Of a stretch of DNA of 64,000 nt, positions 57,164-64,000 are shown piece after piece. The stretch lies in IMG/VR virus record IMGVR_UViG_3300030430_005376, positions 32,001-96,000 of that record; one strand, written 5' to 3'. The stretch comes from a virus. The notes below the pieces were generated by a model. That model was not told the origin of the DNA and did not search any database. It was given only the letters and a program-made list of their open reading frames with translations. A program made the translations under genes and the position numbers. How positions within the stretch are numbered: position 1 is the stretch's first letter; each line of letters begins with the position of its first letter.

Positions 57164-58486
57164 TTAAATAAGGTTTTCTATTTCAAAAAATATGTCGTCT
57201 TTCGTATCAATTCTAGACTCAAAAAGGTCAGCTAGTTTAAAATTGAGAATCATCTTTTTAATTTTTTTTGTGTCTTCTTTTATTTGATTGCTAGATTTTT
57301 TATTTTTATCCTCTTGTTTTGAGTTTGCATCACTTATATTATAAAGGTCAAGCACATTTTTTTCAAAGTCGTCTATCAGATCACAAATTTTTTCATATTC
57401 TGCTTCTACGTTTCTATCACTCATCAGGTGCATCATCGCGGTGTCTCTGTTTTTCATCAAGTTTTGCAAAGAAACAAGATTTGTAATAATTTCGTTTTCT
57501 CGATTAATGTAGTAATCTAAACTATCTTTTGTGTCATTGTTCTGTATGCGGGCTTGCTCTATATCATCTAACCCTTCCATTTCGCTAAAGTCGTCGTCAG
57601 GGTCTAATAGTCTTACAAGATTTGTTTCATTTATTTTTTGCTGAGGGGACACAGCGGACCAAGATTGAAACGGCGCATTAGTCGGCTCTTTATAGTCTAA
57701 TATTATCACATCAATTACAGGTTTGATTTTGTCATTGTTTATAGTTTTGACGCCTTTAAATTTTGATCGCCCTGGAATTGGCCTAAAATAAAATTTGTTA
57801 TTTCCCGGGTCGATTGCTATTTGTGACCTTGTCTTGTAAGATGATAAGTTTCTGTGTGCATCATACGCTGTGTGATTACCAAAGAGTTTATAATTTAGTC
57901 CATCGAGTATTTTTTCGATTGTTGCTCCTTGAGAAAACATAACTTCGCCGACTGCTTTTCTTGTTACCGAAGAGATGTAATCCATGTGATCGTCGTCTAG
58001 TGAGAAACCACCTCCGAGCAATTCAATGGAATGATTTGTTCGAACTGTAGGTGTTTTCTTTTTAGTCACATCTAAAATTTTTGGTTTGCCTCTTTTATCA
58101 AATTCTAGAAGTACTGCATTGTTCTCACTTATAATAATTGTATTGCCATATACTTCGTGATTCGGTTCACACATTAAATTTGCAGCTTGAGATGGAGTTT
58201 TTGCTTGCATGAGAGCACGCAATATATTTTTACCTTCGTCCGATTTTTCTTTATTAAAATCAGTACCGTTTTCTAAGGCGGAGTTTAATATTCCAATTCT
58301 TGTGTGTCCGTTATATCCTTCCATATAATTTGTGTCATAATCATAAAGAATAACATACTCTGCATCTTGACTAACTTTGTGCACAATTGAAACGCTAGGT
58401 GAATACACTCTATCTCTATTTTTTGCAATGACAAAACCGTTATCAATCTTTTTGCAGCCAACAACGCATTCTTCTATGAGAGACAT
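57164..58486 (-). CDS. Ntn-hydrolase (C45/linear amide C-N hydrolase-like) with C-terminal extension
   Basis: Cys7 nucleophile, AKNRDR, GILNS, YGNT, RTNH. Confidence 0.7.
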   Translation of the reverse strand: MSLIEECVVGCKKIDNGFVIAKNRDRVYSPSVSIVHKVSQDAEYVILYDYDTNYMEGYNGHTRIGILNSALENGTDFNKEKSDEGKNILRALMQAKTPSQAANLMCEPNHEVYGNTIIISENNAVLLEFDKRGKPKILDVTKKKTPTVRTNHSIELLGGGFSLDDDHMDYISSVTRKAVGEVMFSQGATIEKILDGLNYKLFGNHTAYDAHRNLSSYKTRSQIAIDPGNNKFYFRPIPGRSKFKGVKTINNDKIKPVIDVIILDYKEPTNAPFQSWSAVSPQQKINETNLVRLLDPDDDFSEMEGLDDIEQARIQNNDTKDSLDYYINRENEIITNLVSLQNLMKNRDTAMMHLMSDRNVEAEYEKICDLIDDFEKNVLDLYNISDANSKQEDKNKKSSNQIKEDTKKIKKMILNFKLADLFESRIDTKDDIFFEIENLI

Positions 58487-58512
58487 TAGTTACAACCCAT
58501 TTATCGTATAAG

Positions 58513-59298
58513 TTAAATATCTAGATGATCGTAAAACATCACTTGCTGATTGTATAAGTCATCAATTGTCTTGATATTACTTTCATTTGTAGTTAACTTT
58601 TTGTATAGCTCAATATCTTTTGACCAAGCTCTGCCTGTCCACCACTCAAATCCGGCGTAATTACTTTTACTTAATGCACTACACTCATAAGAAGAGCCGA
58701 GATAAATGTAATCAAAACCACTATTTTGTGCAACTTGCTGCTCTACGTAATAGCTTATTTTTCCTAAGTTGAGTTCAGGTGAAGCATAATCCCAAGAAAA
58801 TTGAGTAGCTACAACCGAGTTGTTGACAACATCTAGCAGGGAAAAAGCGACAGGTTTTTTAAAATGATAAAAGACAATTGTTATACGATCGTCACCATAG
58901 TCAGATTTTGCAAACGGGTGATCAGCCCCGTACATATCTACAAAACCTCTGGCATTTAGATAAAGGTTGTATATCTTTATCATGGTCTCGACATCAAAAC
59001 TGTCATAGAGCTTATAAGATAAATTGTTATCTTTGTTTAAAAGCTTCCTGTGCCTTTTTTTAAAAACATAATCACTAGGTTTCAACCTGGCTGTCCTGCT
59101 TTGATACCACACAGGAGTTCCGCTTTCCTTACATTTTCTAAACCAACTACAGTTAGGGTTATACCAAGTAGACGTAATTAACCACCCATTTTGTAAGGCG
59201 TAATCAAACTGATCACGCTCAAATATCGCAGATACAGGAGAATGTATTATTTCATACTCTTGAGTTTTACCAGCGACGTGATCAAAAAATAGCTGCAA
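58513..59298 (-). CDS. aminoacyl(Arg/Leu)-tRNA-protein transferase-like (ATE1/Bpt family)
   Basis: ALQNGW, RTARL, PVAFSLLD, FSWDY..PELNLGK, YIYLGSSY, K.NY..FEW. Confidence 0.75.
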   Translation of the reverse strand: MQLFFDHVAGKTQEYEIIHSPVSAIFERDQFDYALQNGWLITSTWYNPNCSWFRKCKESGTPVWYQSRTARLKPSDYVFKKRHRKLLNKDNNLSYKLYDSFDVETMIKIYNLYLNARGFVDMYGADHPFAKSDYGDDRITIVFYHFKKPVAFSLLDVVNNSVVATQFSWDYASPELNLGKISYYVEQQVAQNSGFDYIYLGSSYECSALSKSNYAGFEWWTGRAWSKDIELYKKLTTNESNIKTIDDLYNQQVMFYDHLDI

Positions 59299-59301
59299 GT
59301 A

Positions 59302-59904
59302 TTATTCCTGTTTTAACAAAGTAAATTCCCATCCGGCGCTTCCGGCTTCGACAGACTTAAGCTCAACTTGGACTTTTAGAGGTGGTGCTTTAAAGTCATC
59401 CGGGACAGGATCTCGCCAAATAATCCTGTTGGAGGGCTGGGCTGCGATTTGACCGTTGTCAAGCTGGATTAGATAAGCAGACTTTCTTATCTCTGGAGAC
59501 TCTCCTCCCGAACCAATGGCCCAGTCAATAGTGCAATAGTATTTTCCGGCGAAGAAGCCTTTGCCTGGTACGTATACATTGCACCGGCGACCAAACAGCA
59601 TGTTGTAAACTACTGAAGTACAGTGATAAGAAAAACAATCGTAAACTTGAAGTTGCGAGAGAGACAGTTGATCTCCTTCTGGTTGTTTCCACTTGATTGC
59701 ATCAATCGGTAATCTCTCATATATTGCACCGTTTTCTAACTCTACATGAAAAGATAGCACTCTGCACATAATTGAACAACCTGCAAAGATAACACCTTTA
59801 AAGTACGCTTGATCAGGATTATTTGCAATGACATTTGAATCAACAAGAACTGGAAGAGGATCCAGATTAGTGAGTAAAAAGTTTTTTTGAACTAATCTGT
59901 CCAC
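59302..59904 (-). CDS. conserved phage hypothetical protein
   Basis: FHVELENGAIYERLPI, QVYDCFSY, GKYYCTIDW, QLDNGQIAAQPSNRIIW. Confidence 0.7.
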   Translation of the reverse strand: MDRLVQKNFLLTNLDPLPVLVDSNVIANNPDQAYFKGVIFAGCSIMCRVLSFHVELENGAIYERLPIDAIKWKQPEGDQLSLSQLQVYDCFSYHCTSVVYNMLFGRRCNVYVPGKGFFAGKYYCTIDWAIGSGGESPEIRKSAYLIQLDNGQIAAQPSNRIIWRDPVPDDFKAPPLKVQVELKSVEAGSAGWEFTLLKQE

Positions 59905-59906
59905 AG

Positions 59907-60719
59907 CTATTCTCCTAAAGAATACAAGTCAAAAAGACTTTCTAGTCTTCTCTGATTTAACCATTTTAGGGAGATTCCATCTTTTATTTTTCTCGTTATT
60001 CCTGGACCATTAGAAGCAGCTGTAAAATTTATAGACCCACCGTAACTTACGCAAGGTATTCCATATACTTCAATTTTTTTAAATCTCTTAGAAAATTTTT
60101 CAACCCATGTATAAGTCTGATTAGGACATAAGTCAAAGTTGTCTGACTGAGATATTATTATTCCTCCTGGTTTGAGTAGACTAAAAATTGCGCTCATTAC
60201 TTCATCTGACATTATACCTTCAGAGGGAGTATCATGTTGAGGGTCAGTAATGTCTAGAAAGATAGCGTCGTATTTTTCTTTACAGTGTAGCGCCCACTGA
60301 CATGCATCTTCGACATGGAGAACGCACCTTTTATCATTAAAAGAGTCAAGGTTAAGAGAAGAGAGATACTTTTTAGAAGCTTCAATGACTTCTACGTCTA
60401 TTTCTACAAGATCTACAACGATATCATCATACTTTAATATTTCTCTAACCAGGCATCCGTCTCCTCCACCGAGAACAAGAGTTCGGCTTGGTGAGTCCAG
60501 AGAGTTCAATACTGGGTGGACCATAGACTCGTGGTATTTTGCATCATCGAGTTCTGAAAGTTGAAGTATATTATCTAAAACTAATGTCTTGCCTAAAGAG
60601 CCTAATTCAACTACTTGAAGCTTTTGAAACTTGGTTAAACTCTCGTGTAAGACTTTAATCAGAGGAAATGTGTGTGCGTGTCCTTCGTTAGAGAGTACAA
60701 AAGTCATTTGATTTGTCAT
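59907..60719 (-). CDS. speE: spermidine synthase (aminopropyltransferase)
   Basis: GKTLVLD, YHESMVHP, LVLGGGDG, VEID, EDA, LDITDP. Confidence 0.88.
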   Translation of the reverse strand: MTNQMTFVLSNEGHAHTFPLIKVLHESLTKFQKLQVVELGSLGKTLVLDNILQLSELDDAKYHESMVHPVLNSLDSPSRTLVLGGGDGCLVREILKYDDIVVDLVEIDVEVIEASKKYLSSLNLDSFNDKRCVLHVEDACQWALHCKEKYDAIFLDITDPQHDTPSEGIMSDEVMSAIFSLLKPGGIIISQSDNFDLCPNQTYTWVEKFSKRFKKIEVYGIPCVSYGGSINFTAASNGPGITRKIKDGISLKWLNQRRLESLFDLYSLGE

Positions 60720-60727
60720 TTTAAAAC

Positions 60728-61192
60728 CTACGGTATTCTGCGAGATGCTACTTGAGTAGTTATCTCTCTTATGTCATAAAATTTACTTATGACGGATTTT
60801 ACTTTTTCTACGTCAAAACTTTTGCATGAGTAACAGTCAAATGAAAAATACTCTAACTCAGGAAAGGTGTGGATACTCAAGTGAGATTCAGCGATCATGG
60901 CAAACGATGAGTAACCGTATGACTCATTTTTTCTTTCTTGTAGCTTATTTCTCAGGTCTTTTGCTGATTTGCTCTCGCCAAGACCTTCAGATTCAAGATC
61001 CTGCAACACTCTTTTCATTTCGCAAGTTGCGTGAGGAAACTTAACTGTCACAGGAGGCAATATCATTGTCATGTCAATTTCTTCTATGATGGCTTCGAGC
61101 ATGCTCACACCAACCTCAGGAGAAACTAAAGACTCTGGGTTCTTCACGACTGCGTCTATCATCAAGTGTAAACCGTCGTATTCAAAACTCAT
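60728..61192 (-). CDS. speD: S-adenosylmethionine decarboxylase (pyruvoyl type)
   Basis: GLHLMID, IAESHLSIHTFPE (E/S autocleavage), DCYSCKSFD. Confidence 0.88.
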   Translation of the reverse strand: MSFEYDGLHLMIDAVVKNPESLVSPEVGVSMLEAIIEEIDMTMILPPVTVKFPHATCEMKRVLQDLESEGLGESKSAKDLRNKLQERKNESYGYSSFAMIAESHLSIHTFPELEYFSFDCYSCKSFDVEKVKSVISKFYDIREITTQVASRRIP

Positions 61193-61797
61193 GTCTTAGC
61201 TCCTAACACTTTAAATAGGTTTTTTCTGCCCAAATTACCTGTCCAGTGACAAGAAGAACAGCCAAAGACCAAATCAAAACTAGGTAAGTTATCTAGATTG
61301 AAATCATAGACTTCTTCTGTTTCAAACTTTAAACTCATGCCTTTAGGAAAATTTTCAGAATCTTTGTTTCTAAACCAAGTGTACTTTATAATAGGGCTGT
61401 CTTGTAAAAAGTAAACCCAGTTACCCTCGTCTAACTCATCAATTGAATGCCATCCTTCATAGTACACGTCGTGATGATGATCAAAATTAAAAATGCTAAA
61501 AGGCTCATCTTTCGGCAAGAAAGGTAATATTTGATGGTGATGTTCTGCTATTACAACAGGGGTGTCTATGCTGGTTTTTTCTCTAATAACACTTTTCAAC
61601 AATTCTATTTTTGATTGATTTACTTCGGGTGTTGGCAGATTATTTTCTTTAAAAATCTTCATCTGCTCTAGCAGAGATATTTTACTGCCTTCAACATAGT
61701 CTTCGTAGACGGAAATTGTAGGACTATACGCATAATCAATGTCGATAGAGAGTATATTCACGAAACGCTTCTTTTTAATTTTAAAATTCTGATACAA
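61189..61797 (-). CDS. UPF0489 / arginase-deacetylase-like metallohydrolase
   Basis: LSIDIDY, EHHHQI, NFDHHHD, EGNW; true start uncertain. Confidence 0.55.
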   Translation of the reverse strand: MYQNFKIKKKRFVNILSIDIDYAYSPTISVYEDYVEGSKISLLEQMKIFKENNLPTPEVNQSKIELLKSVIREKTSIDTPVVIAEHHHQILPFLPKDEPFSIFNFDHHHDVYYEGWHSIDELDEGNWVYFLQDSPIIKYTWFRNKDSENFPKGMSLKFETEEVYDFNLDNLPSFDLVFGCSSCHWTGNLGRKNLFKVLGAKT

Positions 61798-62110
61798 CAG
61801 AATATTGAGTGTTGCCTATTTTTTTATACTCAAGTGATTTTGTTCGCTTTAAAGTGCGGTTAACCAAATTAGGATTTTCCTCAAGATGGCGCACTATCTT
61901 TCCTCTGGCGTTAGAATCTGCAGCAGTCCTTGCCAAGCTTGTCATTCCAGGTGCAATAGGTGCACTTCCTAAAGCCATAAGCTTACCATCTTTCTCAACA
62001 ACTTCATCGGGATCATGATCCCAAAAACCTGCGAGGTCTGCATTTTGTTCGTCAATCTTGTCTATTGTTTCAACAATAATCTGCCTTAATTGCCTACGTG
62101 TTATTTTCAT
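61781..62110 (-). CDS. small protein with MKITRRQLRQIIVE leader
   Basis: Shared leader motif. Confidence 0.7.
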   Translation of the reverse strand: MKITRRQLRQIIVETIDKIDEQNADLAGFWDHDPDEVVEKDGKLMALGSAPIAPGMTSLARTAADSNARGKIVRHLEENPNLVNRTLKRTKSLEYKKIGNTQYSVVSEF

Positions 62111-62117
62111 TGTAAAA

Positions 62118-62537
62118 TTACTCTCCTCTCAAAGCTGATTTTTTAATCATGACTTTGACCATATCTCTGTTGTCTAGACGACTTGGATGTATCAGGAAAT
62201 CAATGTCGTCGTCTTTTAAGTTGTGTCTTCGAGCAACTTGCTTAAAAATAGCGCTGAGACCTGATATGCCTCCGAGTCGGTCCCGCACTCTAGAGTCCAG
62301 TGCCCCCTGCTTTACAAAAGTTAACACAACTAATCCTCTTCCGCCAAGAAGCTTATTAGAAGGAGGTGATCCTTTCCTATAGTTGAGCTTAGGAAGAGCA
62401 GCATCGATGGTCTTGTAAAGATCGTCTATAATAGGTTCTGCTCTTTTTTCTAATTCTTCATAGTCTGCTACACCTGTCAATCGAGTAGGGAGTGCTTCGG
62501 AAATTATCTGCCTTAATTGTCTACGTGTGATCTTCAT
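62118..62537 (-). CDS. small protein with MKITRRQLRQIISE leader
   Basis: Shared leader motif. Confidence 0.7.
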   Translation of the reverse strand: MKITRRQLRQIISEALPTRLTGVADYEELEKRAEPIIDDLYKTIDAALPKLNYRKGSPPSNKLLGGRGLVVLTFVKQGALDSRVRDRLGGISGLSAIFKQVARRHNLKDDDIDFLIHPSRLDNRDMVKVMIKKSALRGE

Positions 62538-62851
62538 TTTATTTCTGGTCCAATATGCATTCTAATTTGAGTTACAATACCGTTGAGTCTACCTCTAACT
62601 CTTTTGCTCATTTCTTCTCTTCTTAACATAGAATCAATATCCCGCGCAATCATTTCAAGTCGCATTCTGTCGTCAACTGGAGGCTTGCGAGGTCTATCTG
62701 ATTTAAAAGCTGGATCATCCAATCCGAACTGGCCACCTGGTGGAATTGCTCCGGTGTCGCTCGACAGTGGCGCTTTGTATCCAGGTCCCGGGCCGTCTCC
62801 TGGAAAAGATTCTTCAATGATCTTTCTCAACTCTTCACGCGTGATTTTCAT
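62534..62851 (-). CDS. small protein with MKITREELRKIIEE leader
   Basis: Shared leader motif. Confidence 0.7.
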   Translation of the reverse strand: MKITREELRKIIEESFPGDGPGPGYKAPLSSDTGAIPPGGQFGLDDPAFKSDRPRKPPVDDRMRLEMIARDIDSMLRREEMSKRVRGRLNGIVTQIRMHIGPEIK

Positions 62852-63081
62852 TTTTTACATCCTTTAGGTAGTTGTGATTTAAGTTCTTTTTTGTAAACTT
62901 CTAGTTTTGGTTGTTCCCACTTGAGACGCGGACAGTACTCCTTGTGATCTTCTTTGTCTTGCAGAAAAAGTTCGAGCGCTTTAGCAGATCGCTCGAGGTC
63001 GTTGGCTTGTTGAGCAAAAGTGTATGTAGCTCCAAAAAGTGTGCCTGTTAAAACACACGTTACAAAAGTCACAGCCCTCAT
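62848..63081 (-). CDS. small secreted/membrane protein
   Basis: Signal-peptide-like N-terminus. Confidence 0.6.
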   Translation of the reverse strand: MRAVTFVTCVLTGTLFGATYTFAQQANDLERSAKALELFLQDKEDHKEYCPRLKWEQPKLEVYKKELKSQLPKGCKK

Positions 63082-63347
63082 TCTGTCACCAGCCTTTCAA
63101 TTCTACTCAGAATTTCTCTAACGTGTCCAAGATCGCTCTGAACTTTAATAAGAGTCTTTGTTGCTTCTTCTTGCTCTTCTACAGCTTCTTCTAATTCTGC
63201 AACGTGGCGCTCAAGATCACCTAAATCATTTCTAAGCTGAGCTACTTCTACGTTGACAGTCCACACCCAACCTGCAAGAGGCAAGACAAGTGCTGACATG
63301 AGAAGTGATACTGCCTTCCAAACATCGTCTTTAGTTATAGCTGCCAT
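63078..63347 (-). CDS. membrane-anchored coiled-coil protein
   Basis: One TM helix followed by a heptad coiled coil. Confidence 0.6.
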   Translation of the reverse strand: MAAITKDDVWKAVSLLMSALVLPLAGWVWTVNVEVAQLRNDLGDLERHVAELEEAVEEQEEATKTLIKVQSDLGHVREILSRIERLVTE

Positions 63348-63348
63348 C

Positions 63349-63561
63349 TTATTCTCCTTTTAATGCTTTGCTTCTCTCAACAGCCCGAAGCTGTTTGAGA
63401 GCTTTTTTATAAGACATAGGTTTCTTAGAAAGTGCTTTTCGAGTCTTTCTACCCTTTTGTGGTTTCTTAGGGTAGACTTTGTAACCGCCCTTGACCTTTC
63501 TTATTTCTTCATCAACAATGTTTCTTATAAGTTCCCTTAAAAGGGCTGCTGGGACCTTCAC
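63349..63561 (-). CDS. small basic protein with a variant leader (GTG start)
   Basis: LLRELIRNIVDEE followed by K-rich KVKGGYKVYPKK...ALKQLRAVERSK. Confidence 0.65.
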   Translation of the reverse strand: MKVPAALLRELIRNIVDEEIRKVKGGYKVYPKKPQKGRKTRKALSKKPMSYKKALKQLRAVERSKALKGE

Positions 63562-63638
63562 AGATGACTCCTGGTGAACTTAAAAACCTTTCTAATATAG
63601 ATAGGCGGCAGAGATTTAAAGTACCTTGGAAAACAAAT

Positions 63639-63661
63639 CAAGCAGCCTAAAGGGCTGCTTG
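63639..63661 (-). terminator. intrinsic terminator
   Basis: CAAGCAGCC/GGCTGCTTG stem plus ATTTGTTTT. Confidence 0.75.
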
Positions 63662-63689
63662 AAGTTGCGAAATTTAAGTAATTCAGAGA

Positions 63690-63998
63690 TTACGTTAAAG
63701 ATCTTCCTACAATCCACTTATCAGTTTGATAAACGCAGACGGCCATGTCACCGATGTTAGTTAAAGTAAGATCTCCTGTAGATGCGTTTGTACCCTTAAG
63801 TAGAACGTTATCTGCAGTTGTTGTTATAATAATTTTAACTGCGCCGTCTTCGGCTGTTGCTGGCAAAACTAATCCGCCGCCGGCGATGGCTGCTGTAGCG
63901 ATAGTTAAAAATGTTGTAGCATCTAAGTTACCTGGGGCTGCAACTGAAGTAATGCTGTTGAGCTCGACACCCGCACCAGAGGCTTGAACCAGACCTTT
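63690..63998 (-). CDS. 3' end of a probable head decoration/fibre protein (truncated by the window; absent from the ORF track)
   Basis: Open frame KGLVQASGAG...DKWIVGRSLT*, followed by a terminator. Confidence 0.6.
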   Translation of the reverse strand, partial: KGLVQASGAGVELNSITSVAAPGNLDATTFLTIATAAIAGGGLVLPATAEDGAVKIIITTTADNVLLKGTNASTGDLTLTNIGDMAVCVYQTDKWIVGRSLT

Positions 63999-64000
63999 GG

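Noticed and set aside
1-64000. The many plus-strand ORFs in the track (e.g. 868..1188, 20417..21319, 49721..50194)
   Set aside because: They are antisense shadows of well-supported minus-strand genes, with no motifs or SD sequences.
1-64000. Giant eukaryotic virus (NCLDV) origin suggested by MBD4, Nei and ATE-like genes
   Set aside because: Tail sheath, tube, tape measure, SD sequences, sigma70 promoters and intrinsic terminators indicate a tailed bacteriophage.
1-64000. Stop-codon reassignment as in some jumbo phages
   Set aside because: Known proteins are full length under code 11, and TAA, TAG and TGA all end genes.
1-64000. tRNA or other structured ncRNA genes
   Set aside because: Intergenic gaps are short and accounted for by promoters and terminators; no cloverleaf or T-loop motifs were seen by eye (tRNAscan/Infernal not run).

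Overview
This is a 64-kb segment of a large contractile-tailed (myovirus-like, probably jumbo) bacteriophage. All credible genes lie on the minus strand and read in the standard genetic code. In transcription order (high to low coordinates) it contains: (1) the 3' end of a probable head decoration gene; (2) a tightly coupled accessory operon with small proteins sharing an MKITRRQLRQIIxE leader, a UPF0489/arginase-like protein, SpeD, SpeE, an aminoacyl-tRNA-protein transferase and an Ntn hydrolase; (3) neck genes, two tail sheath paralogs, tail tube, a tail chaperone with a likely +1 frameshift, tape measure and baseplate genes; (4) a minimal PolA-like gene and two tandem beta-propeller paralogs; (5) replication and metabolism genes (gp32-like SSB, RecA, 5'-3' exonuclease, DnaB-like helicase, class II RNR, ClpP, Dps-like); (6) fibre-like virion proteins; (7) a nucleotide cluster (MBD4-like and zincless Nei glycosylases, dNTP pyrophosphatase, pyrophosphatase-like/HAD fusion, divergent ThyX, N-deoxyribosyltransferase-family enzyme, NDP-sugar epimerase), DnaE, GMP reductase, and a dNMP kinase fused to a minimal thymidylate-synthase fold carrying the cytosine-specific Asp. 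The best candidate for a new system is a pathway that makes a modified cytosine and repairs its deamination products. All family assignments come from motif recognition by eye; no database search was run.
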